Below, in pieces: positions 53,096-63,044 of a stretch of DNA of 64,000 nucleotides (position 1 is the stretch's first letter; each line of letters begins with the position of its first letter). This stretch comes from an uncultured Rivularia sp. (GTDB taxonomy: Bacteria > Cyanobacteriota > Cyanobacteriia > Cyanobacteriales > Nostocaceae), in contig OY762007.1 in assembly GCA_963665115.1 (NCBI GenBank), positions 3,584,001 through 3,648,000 on the forward strand, read 5' to 3'. Position numbers and translations under genes: made by a program. The notes under the pieces are model-generated. The model made no database searches and was not told the DNA's origin. It was given only the letters and a program-made list of their open reading frames with translations.

Positions 53096-53435
53096 GAGAT
53101 AATGGTTGAAAATTCCAGCTATTTGAAGCTACCGAAGAGATAGTTATCTGCGACATTATCCGAACCTATTTACTATTGATTTCTTGATACGTTTATTACG
53201 TAGCGAAAGCATATCATAGCGTCGTTACAATCCGCAACATAAGTTAACTTGAGTTTAAATTTAGGTTTTGCAGCAATCGGAATTAGGCTTCACAACCGCC
53301 TTGGAATAAATTCCCAGGCTTATAAACAAAGTTGTCTTTAGACGACTGAATTATTTTCTTCTCGCTCTATCTTTCTCTCTATGTCTTTCCTCTGTGCCCT
53401 CTGCGCTCTCTGCGGTTTTTTTAAATCCGTTCATA

Positions 53436-54060
53436 ACCCCGCAGAATTATTGTGGTGAAGTATTAGTAGTATTGCGCCACATAAGTTTTGTGGGGTTCCG
53501 GGAGTGCGAGCATCTTGCTCGCTGGTTGTCGCGAGGGAGCGAGACGCTCCCACTACATTTTGATTACCCCGCAAAACTAATGTGGTGGAGTAGTAGTCCT
53601 TTTCATAAATTCTGAGGGGTTCGTTTTCGACCTAACGTCGGGAGACGTAGCACTGCTACGTCTCTACAACCCATTAAAACAAATGAAAAGGACTAGTAGT
53701 AGTCCTTTGCATAAATTCTGAGGGGTACGTTTTCGACCTAACGTCGGGAGACGTAGCACTGCTACGTCTCTACAACCCATTAAAACTAATGAAAAGGACC
53801 AGTAGTACTCCACCACATTAATTTTGAGGGGTACGTAGTTGCGCTTCAGCGCCTCATATTCCGGTATTCGGAGGCGCTGAAGCGCAACTACGAACAATTA
53901 TTAACCCCGCAAGATTAATGTGGTGAAGTAGTAGTGCCTAACCACGATAATTATGCGGGGTGTTGGGAGTGCGAGCATCTTGCTCGCTAGCTTCCAACAG
54001 GGAGCGAGACGCTCCCACTACATTTTTATTACCCGTCAGAACAAATGAAATGGACTACTA
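53436..54060. mobile_element. Tandem array of five IR-bounded mini-elements plus one orphan right end
   Basis: Units of ~105-130 bp joined at TAGTAG-like junctions, each with inverted ends and a central palindrome. Confidence 0.75.
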
Positions 54061-54104
54061 CGAGCTAAAATAAACCGGGTTTCTAGTCGTAACTGCTAAC
54101 TGAT

Positions 54105-55673
54105 TCACCTCCGCAACCGCGAAAACAACAAATCCGCTTCCCTTATCCGCAACAACACCACAATTAAGCTAAAAATAATCAAACCAACTATTGCAGAAAC
54201 ACTCAATTGAACTAAATCAAATATTAATCCTTCAGCTTGCCAAATTTGAGCAATTCCCCAACTTATAACCCAAGCAATTAAACCAGTTACCGCACTTCCT
54301 ATAATCAAACCTAAAATTGGTAAACCCCATTCTTTCCAAGGCAAACCTTCAAGTTGACGATGCAAATAAATCAGCAGCATTGCTCCAGCAATTAAATTCA
54401 CTCCCATCGAAGCGAATACTAAACCCGATATTCCAAAATTCTTAACTAAAACGTAATCCAAACCAACATTGAGCAAAATATTAAATCCGCTGATGCGAAA
54501 CGGGGTTTTAGCATCATTCAACGCATAACACACCCGCGTTAATATTTGTCTTCCGACACTAGGAAACATCCCCAAACTGTAAGCTACTAAAACAGATGAA
54601 ACCATTTGTACTGCCGTGTTATCAAATGCTTGACGTTGATAAACTATTTTGACAATGGGAGTAGCTAAAGCCATCATCAAAGCACTCAAGGGTAGAATAA
54701 TCAAAGCTGTAATTACAATACTTTGACGAACTTGTTCTTTAAGCTGATGCCATTCTTGATTTGCAGCAAGACGGGAAAACCTTGGCAGTAGGGGAACTAA
54801 CAAAATACTAGAAAGCAATCCTCGTGGGGTTTGCGATAGTAATTCAGCATAGCTAAGAGTTGCAGCAGCTTGAGGAATAAAAGAAGCAAACCGTAAATCT
54901 ACGTAAAGGTTGATATTAGACATACCAGCCGAAAGCGTTGCCGGAGCCATCAACCGCATCACTTCCCCAACTTCTGGAGAGCGAAAATTAAACCGGGGAC
55001 GAATTGTTAATAAACCTTCCCGTGCCTGTACGATTAACTGCACAATCCATTGCAGCACAGCACCCGCTAAAGTTGCCGTTGCCAAAACCATTCCACCCAA
55101 AAGCAGATTTTGCGGAGCGTTGATTTCATCTCCCAAGCGCCAAGCTAAAATACCCAAACTGGAAATTACAGCAATACTAGATAGCATTGGACTTACGGAA
55201 GGTAGCCAGTATAAATCTGCTGCATTTAAACTTCCAACTCCAACCCCAATAAGCCCCGCTAATAAAGCTAGAGGAGCCATGATTTGTAGTTGTAATATGG
55301 CAATTTCTCTAACTTGAGAATTCAATCCCGGCGCTACCAAATCAATTAAAAAAGGCGCAAAAAGGATAATTAATAAAGTAACGGGAATCAGAATTAAAGT
55401 TAATAAAGTCGCAACAGTCGCAATTAAATTTTTGCTATCTCCTCGATCCCGTCTCGCTAAAACGCTGACTAAAGCAGTATGTAAAGGGCCATTTAAACCA
55501 CCGATAACTACCAGTAAAAAACCGGGGATAATATAGGCATAATTAAAAGCATTTGCTACAGCACCCACTCCAAAAGCCGCAGCAATACAAGTCGAACGCA
55601 GTAAGCCAAATAACTTGCTGACAAGAGTTGCGATCGCGACTATTCCGGCGATGTTTTTTAATGATTTGGGCAT
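54105..55673 (-). CDS. murJ: MurJ/MviN lipid II flippase family protein
   Basis: ATLVSKLFGLLR, AYIIPG, GGLNGPLH, YALNDAKTPF; about 14 TM segments. Confidence 0.88.
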   Translation of the reverse strand: MPKSLKNIAGIVAIATLVSKLFGLLRSTCIAAAFGVGAVANAFNYAYIIPGFLLVVIGGLNGPLHTALVSVLARRDRGDSKNLIATVATLLTLILIPVTLLIILFAPFLIDLVAPGLNSQVREIAILQLQIMAPLALLAGLIGVGVGSLNAADLYWLPSVSPMLSSIAVISSLGILAWRLGDEINAPQNLLLGGMVLATATLAGAVLQWIVQLIVQAREGLLTIRPRFNFRSPEVGEVMRLMAPATLSAGMSNINLYVDLRFASFIPQAAATLSYAELLSQTPRGLLSSILLVPLLPRFSRLAANQEWHQLKEQVRQSIVITALIILPLSALMMALATPIVKIVYQRQAFDNTAVQMVSSVLVAYSLGMFPSVGRQILTRVCYALNDAKTPFRISGFNILLNVGLDYVLVKNFGISGLVFASMGVNLIAGAMLLIYLHRQLEGLPWKEWGLPILGLIIGSAVTGLIAWVISWGIAQIWQAEGLIFDLVQLSVSAIVGLIIFSLIVVLLRIREADLLFSRLRR

Positions 55674-55970
55674 GGGGGATTGGGGATTGGGCATGGAGGG
55701 GGGATAGGGGGAAGAGGGGGAAGAGGGGGTAGATAATTTTTAGTTACTCCGTTTGAAGATTACCGATATAAAAACCGCAGAGACAAGCCACTGCGTTGGG
55801 CGGTGAAACACTTGCGGTGGAAGGGTTCTCCGGCATAAGCAAAGTGTTGAACCCGGAGGGGTTCCCCGACTTGTAGCAAGTGGCGTGCAGAGAGCGCTGA
55901 GGAAAGAGATAAAGAGAGATAGCTAACTATAGAGCGGCATAAAGTTAAAAGAAATACAATGCCCCATGCC

Positions 55971-56957
55971 CTATGCCCTATGCCCTATGCCCTTTAAACT
56001 TGTTTTCAAAATCACTTCAATCAAGTTTTTGTAGGATAAACCATTTTGCAGGGCTATTTGAGCTAAGGAGCGCTCTGGGTGTAAAGTTGCGTCGGCGTTG
56101 ATATCTAGTAAATAGGCTTGACTATCGTTGTCAACTCGGAAATCGAAAGTAGCATAATCTAAAGGTTTGAATAATTGCATCAAATCTAAACTTATTTCTT
56201 GCAGCTTTTGCAACTGTGGAATATACAAATCTAAATTTATTTTGCGGAAACTACCGCGCCTTTTTGCTTGTAAATCTAATATTTGCTCTTGCATAACTGC
56301 GCCTTCTCTAGTTACCGTTTCCACTGCACCAATAAAAACAGGTACATCATTTCCCACAACACCCACGGTAATTTCACGCCCTGCAATAAACTGCTCGCAT
56401 AACACTGCGGATTGAAATTGTTGATGCAATTGCTTAACTTTATCTTGTAAATCCGTTAAACCTGCCGATGCTTGCCAAATTTGCAAACCCAACGAATAAC
56501 CTTCACAAGCAGGTTTGAGAATACATTTTTCCCAAGGTGGCGTTACAATTTCCTCGCCAACTCCACAACGTAACCAAGGTGGAGTTAAAATTCCTCGCCA
56601 CTGCAAAACAGGTTTGAGAAAATCTTTATTCAGCGTCAGACTTTTTACCGTAGCATCTCCACCCGTATAGGGTATACCCAATTGTTCTAAAATTGCCGGT
56701 GCTAAAGCGGTGCGGTTGCGCGATGTTGTTCTAACTGAAAGATTCCAGATGAATTCTGGTAATTGGTTTTGTCGCCATTTTTCGAGTAAAGCGTCTAAAG
56801 TTCCAATTAAATCAACATCGTAACCCAAAGCTTTTAAATTAGTCGCGACAGCTTCGACTTCTTCAGTTTCACGCCAGTGGTAGTGGGTTTCAACACTCGC
56901 GCTAGGGTTTGACATGATGTCGGATTGGCTCTCGAATAGGATTCCGATTTTTCGCAT
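55971..56957 (-). CDS. D-Ala-D-Ala ligase-like ATP-grasp enzyme, divergent
   Basis: LEQLGIPYTG, LNK, LKPACEGYSLG, EQFIAGREITVGV, DFRV, DIN. Confidence 0.85.
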   Translation of the reverse strand: MRKIGILFESQSDIMSNPSASVETHYHWRETEEVEAVATNLKALGYDVDLIGTLDALLEKWRQNQLPEFIWNLSVRTTSRNRTALAPAILEQLGIPYTGGDATVKSLTLNKDFLKPVLQWRGILTPPWLRCGVGEEIVTPPWEKCILKPACEGYSLGLQIWQASAGLTDLQDKVKQLHQQFQSAVLCEQFIAGREITVGVVGNDVPVFIGAVETVTREGAVMQEQILDLQAKRRGSFRKINLDLYIPQLQKLQEISLDLMQLFKPLDYATFDFRVDNDSQAYLLDINADATLHPERSLAQIALQNGLSYKNLIEVILKTSLKGIGHRA

Positions 56958-57022
56958 TTTTTATCGTAATTAAGAGCAGGCGGTTGAAACCGCGCCTACA
57001 CAAACAAAGTCCGCCTGTGCGG

Positions 57023-57206
57023 ACTATTTTACATATATATAGGATAAGAAATTTAATTAACCCACGCAGGTGGGTTTCACCTGTGTAGCAGCGGTTTCAA
57101 CCGCCAGATTAAAAGTTGCTATTTTACATGTATATAGGATAAGAAATTTAATTAACCCACGCAGGTGGGTTTCACCTGTGTAGCAGTGGTTTCAACCGCC
57201 AGATTA
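57023..57206. repeat. Direct tandem duplication (period ~96 bp) of a REP-bearing unit
   Basis: Two near-identical copies of ATTTTACAT...ACCCACGCAGGTGGGT...GGTTTCAACCGCCAGATTA. Confidence 0.85.
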
Positions 57207-57207
57207 T

Positions 57208-57501
57208 TTACATTTGAGCCTGCTTCACCCAATTAATCACAGTATTATGTGAAATTCCCGTCTTTTTCTCAATAGCTCGAAACCCCATTCCTTCTCTATA
57301 CAAATCCAAGCATCGTTGCTTTACTTCCTCTGAATAACCTTTCGGCGAATAACTCTCTAAAAACTGCTTTCCACATTCTTTGCAAATATAGCGCTGCTTG
57401 TTGTGACGATGACCATTTTTAGAAATGCTTTCTGACTCGCAATGCGGACATTTTTTATTTTGTAATTTATTTTCATCCCCTAACTGTGCGCCGCTAATCA
57501 T
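57208..57501 (-). pseudogene. IS1 InsA-like zinc-ribbon/HTH domain without InsB
   Basis: CPHC...KNG...QRYICKECGKQF...GMGFRAI...ISHNTVINWVK. Confidence 0.65.
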
Positions 57502-57797
57502 TCTTGCTCTGTGCGCTATTTCATCCCCAATATAAGGACGTAAATAAGCTGTAAATAATTCTTTAATTAGTAAGAAAATCTTGGATTTTAATAACGGACG
57601 TATTTGTTTATCGGTTATGCTTTAAGGGCTTGATTTGAAAATGTAATTAATAATTTTCTTAATAGATAATGGTGCGTTACAGCATCTTCAAAACTATCGC
57701 TTTTTAATCAAATTATCTTGTGCCGTAACACACCCTACAATATGTATCATAATTGGTAAGGTTATTTCAGATTTTTCAACCAATTACCAATTACCAA

Positions 57798-58943
57798 TTA
57801 CCCATTACCTTCCTCTAACCAAACCGTATCTTCATCAACACCAACTACCATCAAACCAGACTTATCCAAACCTCTTCTAACCTGATGCCATCTAGCAACT
57901 AACTGTATTGGTGAACCTTCCATCAAACCTACCAATTCCAATTTCCCATCGGAATGAGTCAAGATATAGCGAAACCTTTTTACCGAGCCGTTGCAACGCT
58001 GACGTATTGCTTCAACTAAGTGCATCGCTTCAACAATCGACAATTGAAAATGAGTTGCGTGTTTTACAGGGCGCGGATGGAATAAATACTGAGGAATTAC
58101 ACCCAATCTATGCAAGCGTTTGTATAATTCGGTCATTGTATCGACTTCTGCATTAACTCCTTTCATCAAAGCAATTTGCGAGGTTAATAAACAACCTGCT
58201 TGTCGTAAGTTAAATAATGCTTTTTCTGCTAAAGGTGTAATTTCGCGGGGGTGATCGAAATGACATTGAATAACGATTTGGAATCTGGAATTATACTGTT
58301 TTAAAACTGATAATAATTCTGAATCTGTGGTGAAGCGAGAAGGGAGAAAAGCAGGTAGTTTACTGCTGATACGAATTTGCCAAAGGTGAGGAATTTGAGA
58401 TAATGCTGCAAACAGGTTCGCTAAACGACGAGTACTGCAAACCATTGGATCTCCACCGGAAAGCAACACGTTATCAATTTCGGGATGCTGTTTGATATAG
58501 GATATAGCTTCTTGTAAATCCTCGATAGTCTCTTTTACCATTACATCCTTGCTCATCAACCGTCGCCGAAAACAATAGCGGCAGTGACCTGCACAAGCTT
58601 GAGTGACTATTAATACTGCTGTTTGTTCGTATTTATGCTGTAAGCCGGGAATTACTGTAGAAAATTCTTCTCCACTGGTATCCAATGAGCCAATATCGTT
58701 TTCCTCGTCATCGGATGGAATTAGTAATTGACGCAATGGATCTGTGGGGTTTTGCCAGTCTACCAAATCAGCGTAACCCACGGGAACCATTACAGGAAAA
58801 CGCTGTTTTGCATTATTAACTCGCTGTTTATCCTCATCATCGAGAGACAACCAATCTTCAGCAGAGTTAGATAATTTTAAACTTTCGATTAACTCATCTC
58901 GCCAATTCTTAACCTGTGGAATTTCGCGAACTAATTCTTTCAT
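57798..58943 (-). CDS. KamA family radical SAM/PLP aminomutase-like enzyme
   Basis: GLQHKY, CAGHCRYCFRR, LLSGGDP, HFDHPRE. Confidence 0.9.
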   Translation of the reverse strand: MKELVREIPQVKNWRDELIESLKLSNSAEDWLSLDDEDKQRVNNAKQRFPVMVPVGYADLVDWQNPTDPLRQLLIPSDDEENDIGSLDTSGEEFSTVIPGLQHKYEQTAVLIVTQACAGHCRYCFRRRLMSKDVMVKETIEDLQEAISYIKQHPEIDNVLLSGGDPMVCSTRRLANLFAALSQIPHLWQIRISSKLPAFLPSRFTTDSELLSVLKQYNSRFQIVIQCHFDHPREITPLAEKALFNLRQAGCLLTSQIALMKGVNAEVDTMTELYKRLHRLGVIPQYLFHPRPVKHATHFQLSIVEAMHLVEAIRQRCNGSVKRFRYILTHSDGKLELVGLMEGSPIQLVARWHQVRRGLDKSGLMVVGVDEDTVWLEEGNG

Positions 58944-59199
58944 CGATTCTTGTTCCCAGCATATCTACTCAACTTCAAGAGTACAGGATTAATGCACTTT
59001 ATTTTTGAGTATTAATAGTGCAATCAAGTTAAAAATTTATCTATTTCGACAGATGTAAATTTTTAGATGCGTTCATTGTTGTAGAGTAAAATTTGTTACT
59101 ATCAATTTTCAGCTTTATCCTGGTTTAATCGCAGATAATTTGTAAAATGATTTTTAATTGGCAATTAGTTCAGATTTCAATCTATGATTTTATAAAGCT

Positions 59200-59982
59200 A
59201 TGAAAAACAGTTTACGCAGTTGGAAAGCTTATTCCCAGCACTTGAAAAAGTTAAGTACAAATCTTTTAAAAGGCTATTATTTTAATTACGCGGGCAAAAA
59301 AAGCAACCTAGATATTTCTACCCATAAATATCAATGGAGTAGTTTTACAAGTCCGATTAAAAAGCGTTCTGGATTAGCGAATATCAATGAAAATAGAATT
59401 CACAATATGCAGCTAGCGGCTAGCAGAATAGACGGATTAATTATTCAGCCACAGCAAATATTTGGCTTTTGGAATTGCGTTCCTCGCCCTATAATTAAAA
59501 ATGGGTTTCGTTCGGGGCCAATGTTAGTTAGAGGAAAATTAACTAATGATGTCGGTGGTGGTTTATGTCAAATTTCCACGACGTTATTTAATGCTTTACT
59601 TTGGGCTAATTTTGAAATTTTAGAACGCTACAACCACAGCATTGACGCTCATGGAGATAAACGCTTTTTTAGATTAGGGCAAGATGCTACTGTGGCTTAT
59701 GGTTATAAAGATTTAGTTGTCAGAAACGTTAGTCAAACACCTTTATTATTGCGGTTGCAAGTCTTTCCCGAAAAAGCTGAAGTTACAGCCAGCATTTGGG
59801 GAACCGAAGCAATACCATTTGAAGTGAAAATTGAATCAAAAGTGTTGCAAGAATTGACGTTAGCTGATGGTGGAATGTCCGGTTGGGAAGTTGAAACTCA
59901 AAGGTTTATTGGAGGTAAAGAAAAAATTACTTATCAAGCCATTGATATTTATAAACCTCATCTGCCAACAATTGCAGGTTAA
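59200..59982 (+). CDS. VanW family protein
   Basis: NRIHNMQLA, VGGGLCQISTTLFNA, ERYNHS, DATVAYGYKDL. Confidence 0.9.
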   Translation: MKNSLRSWKAYSQHLKKLSTNLLKGYYFNYAGKKSNLDISTHKYQWSSFTSPIKKRSGLANINENRIHNMQLAASRIDGLIIQPQQIFGFWNCVPRPIIKNGFRSGPMLVRGKLTNDVGGGLCQISTTLFNALLWANFEILERYNHSIDAHGDKRFFRLGQDATVAYGYKDLVVRNVSQTPLLLRLQVFPEKAEVTASIWGTEAIPFEVKIESKVLQELTLADGGMSGWEVETQRFIGGKEKITYQAIDIYKPHLPTIAG

Positions 59983-60003
59983 TAGAAAGGAAGTTAAAAA
60001 ATT

Positions 60004-60348
60004 TAGGACTTACGCAACCGGTACATTTTTCTTGTAAGGTGCTGTGACACTTTAACCGATTTTGAACGTAGTAATAATGTATTCAGTGTCACGCACCAGC
60101 CGAGTATTATGACAATTTTGGCAATTCTTGACTTTACTATTTTACTAGTAATACGGCAGAAGCAAAGATTTTTCTCTTCAGGAATGACCGCAAGTGTCAC
60201 AATTGTAGTTGGTGCGTGACACAGCAGGCTCCTTATTACTACGTTGAGAATTTCTATAAGTGTCACAGCAACGGCAATATTGGGGGAAGAAAATCTACAC
60301 CCCAATTTGCCTCCCCGACAATAAAATATGCTAGTTGCGGCCATTCCT
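60004..60348. mobile_element. Two inverted copies of a TAGGACTTACGCA-family MITE
   Basis: 60004-60130 and 60180-60348 are related, with internal GTGACACT/AGTGTCAC repeats; third copy at ~63393-63517. Confidence 0.6.
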
Positions 60349-60379
60349 CTTATTTATCAACTTCCTCTAATATCCTCCT

Positions 60380-61417
60380 ATGCAAACCCGCTTAATCCAA
60401 CCACCGACTTTACATAATTTCCTCTCACAAGTACTCAAACCCCATTCTTTATCATCAGAAGCGCAAACAGCATTAATTAATCATTTAGTAGAAGCCAATT
60501 TATGGGGAATTGATTCTCACGGATTGCAGCAAATCATCGGTTATGACAAAAGTTTGAAAAGCGGAAGAATTAACCCTAAACCACAAATAAAAATAATTGA
60601 CGATCGCCCTAGCATGATTCGTATCGATGCAGATGCAGCACCGGGACAATATGCTGCTAAAGTTGCAATGGAAATGGCGATCGCCGCAGCTAAAAAAACT
60701 GGGATAGCGGTTGTCGGTGTGACAAACAGCAATCATTTCGGTGTTGCCGGATACTACACCCGCATGGCAGCAGAAGCGGGGATGGTTAGTTTTGCAACTA
60801 CAGATACCAACGTTGTGGATTTAGCTCCTTTCGGTGGAAGCGTTGCCAAGTTAGGTAACAACGCGATTTCTTGGGGAATTCCTACCGGAAATAAACCAGT
60901 AATTATCGATATGGCAACGGGTGCGGTAAGCGGTGGAAAAGTAAAACATTTCGCTTATCAAGGTTTAGAAATTCCCTTGGGATGGGGGCTGACAGCATCA
61001 GGAAAACCTACCAATAATCCCAAAGAAGTAGCTGTTAATATACCGGCTTCTTATAAAGGTTCTGGTTTAGCATTTATATCAGATTTATTATGCGGGCCAC
61101 TACTCGGAACTGCAACAGCAATGTTTAAAAATAAAGCGATTCACGATGCAGCGAATGGAACCGGACATTTATTTTTAGTTATGGATATTGCAGCATGGAC
61201 TGATAAACAAAAGTTTGAACAAGAAGTGCAAAAAGCCATAAGTTCGCTGAAAGAAACTCCTAGATTAGAAGCAGAAGAACCGATTTATTATCCTGGAGAA
61301 TTAGAAGAAATTACCCATAAACAACGATTACAAAATGGTATTCCCGTACCTAAAGCTTTAATTGAAACTCTCGCTGAATATTTTGGAAATAATCTAGTTT
61401 CTGAATACCTAATGTAG
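60380..61417 (+). CDS. Ldh_2 family (malate/L-lactate/ureidoglycolate-type) oxidoreductase
   Basis: GIDSHG, NSNHFG, DMAT, YKGSGL, YYPGE. Confidence 0.88.
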   Translation: MQTRLIQPPTLHNFLSQVLKPHSLSSEAQTALINHLVEANLWGIDSHGLQQIIGYDKSLKSGRINPKPQIKIIDDRPSMIRIDADAAPGQYAAKVAMEMAIAAAKKTGIAVVGVTNSNHFGVAGYYTRMAAEAGMVSFATTDTNVVDLAPFGGSVAKLGNNAISWGIPTGNKPVIIDMATGAVSGGKVKHFAYQGLEIPLGWGLTASGKPTNNPKEVAVNIPASYKGSGLAFISDLLCGPLLGTATAMFKNKAIHDAANGTGHLFLVMDIAAWTDKQKFEQEVQKAISSLKETPRLEAEEPIYYPGELEEITHKQRLQNGIPVPKALIETLAEYFGNNLVSEYLM

Positions 61418-61430
61418 AGACGTAGCAGTG

Positions 61431-63044
61431 CTACGTCTTTACACGTCGGAATAATTTCAATAATCCAATCCCTGTAATTAAACTAGATAAAATAGTAGTT
61501 GTTATTACTCCAATTACAAAGCTAACAATCCAAGCAATATCTGGATTCCAAATCTTAGATAATACTGAATTAGCAGTTAAACCTGTAAAAGTGCCAAAGA
61601 ATACGCTTGCAAAAATACCTATAAAAGATAGTATCAACCATCCTAAAGAATTGTCTATTTGTCGGCGTATGGTTAACCATTTAGCTATAGATGTTCCTCC
61701 GATTACTCCTGTCACTGCACATAGCAATTCTCTATAATCACCGAATAATATACTCCCTGTAAAAGTTCCGATAAATAAACCGATCAAAAAACCAAACAAA
61801 GTTTCTATTAAAGACCAAAAATTAAATATAATTCGCTGTTTTAGTACCAACCATTGCATAACTTCAACTGGTACCAAAGTAATAATTGCAGCTAACATCG
61901 CGTAGTGATAACCTACATTCTGACCAAAAAGAAATCTTACCGCTTCACTAAAAAAAACACGTATAAATAAACCAATGCCGATACCGACAATATTCGACAT
62001 CATCCATTGATAGAAAAAACCAACGTTAATAGCTGTTATTGGAGTTGTTAGAGTATTAATTTCGCTTGTCTTGGGTGGATTAGTAACGTTAAAATTTTCA
62101 GGATTATTCGTATTAGAAGGTATATTACTTTGAAGCGTGGGCAAAAGTGAAATTGGCTTAATCTCCAATAACCGTTGTAAAATTTCTTCAGTATTTTTCG
62201 GACGTTGAGAAGGCGATCGCTTCATCATCCAATCGAGAAAGTCTGCAAACTCTGGCGAAATATTCGGTACTGCATCTCGCCATAATAATTCATCAGTTTG
62301 GGGATTATAAAATTGATTTGGATCTTTTGCGGTGAGTAAATAAACGAACGTCCTTCCCAAAGCGAAAAAATCCGATTGCTGCATAGCTTGACCGTTCATT
62401 TGTTCTGGTGGCGTGTATCCGGCGGAAACAATTCCCGTCACCTTTCCTTCCGCTTGTGATTGCCAGTAAGTATCTGTAACTACTCGCGCCGTACCAAAAT
62501 CAATCAGTGCTAAACCACCTTCAGCCCGCAGCATCACGTTAGCTGGCTTAATATCGCGATGAAAAAAGTTTTGATTATGAACCTGTTGCAAAATAACAGT
62601 TAATTCCTGCAACCACTGCATAGCCATTCTTTCATCAATAGGATGATATTCTCGCTGTTTGATATATTCATACAAATTCATCCCCTCAATTTTTTCCATT
62701 ACCAAACAGTGCAAAGGTTGCTGACTGTTGCGGGGATGATAAATAAAATATCCGTCGTCTTCAACTTGAGGAATACCCGAATAATTTAATTGAGATAAAA
62801 CTTCAGCTTCCCGTTGAAACAATTCAATAGCTTTAGGGAAATTATTATGGAGAATTTTCAGAACTTTTACCGTAGCGTTGCGTTCTTTTATCTCATAAGT
62901 CTTACCAAAACCACCACCTCCTAAATATTTTACTACCTTGTAACGTCCTTGCAGCAGCAATTCCGAACCGCAACCCAGACAAAAAATTATCTTGTCAGGA
63001 TTATCATCAGGTTTTGGGCAATGGGGATTTATACAAAGACTCAT
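61431..63044 (-). CDS. Ser/Thr kinase with N-terminal 4-Cys motif and multi-TM C-terminus
   Basis: CINPHC...CLGCG, GGGGFG, HRDIKPAN, DFG. Confidence 0.92.
   Translation of the reverse strand: MSLCINPHCPKPDDNPDKIIFCLGCGSELLLQGRYKVVKYLGGGGFGKTYEIKERNATVKVLKILHNNFPKAIELFQREAEVLSQLNYSGIPQVEDDGYFIYHPRNSQQPLHCLVMEKIEGMNLYEYIKQREYHPIDERMAMQWLQELTVILQQVHNQNFFHRDIKPANVMLRAEGGLALIDFGTARVVTDTYWQSQAEGKVTGIVSAGYTPPEQMNGQAMQQSDFFALGRTFVYLLTAKDPNQFYNPQTDELLWRDAVPNISPEFADFLDWMMKRSPSQRPKNTEEILQRLLEIKPISLLPTLQSNIPSNTNNPENFNVTNPPKTSEINTLTTPITAINVGFFYQWMMSNIVGIGIGLFIRVFFSEAVRFLFGQNVGYHYAMLAAIITLVPVEVMQWLVLKQRIIFNFWSLIETLFGFLIGLFIGTFTGSILFGDYRELLCAVTGVIGGTSIAKWLTIRRQIDNSLGWLILSFIGIFASVFFGTFTGLTANSVLSKIWNPDIAWIVSFVIGVITTTILSSLITGIGLLKLFRRVKT

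Noticed and set aside
53436..54060. CRISPR array
   Set aside because: Units are over 100 bp, bounded by inverted repeats, inner sequences are recurring genomic palindromes, and no cas genes are present
57023..57206. Mini-CRISPR
   Set aside because: Only two copies of a long unit with no unique spacer; a simple duplication
57208..57501. Intact IS1 element
   Set aside because: No InsB/DDE frame, terminal repeats or TSD found
54105..61417. Canonical vancomycin-resistance operon
   Set aside because: No VanX/VanY, VanRS or VanH-family dehydrogenase; Ldh_2 is a different fold; the outer membrane already excludes glycopeptides
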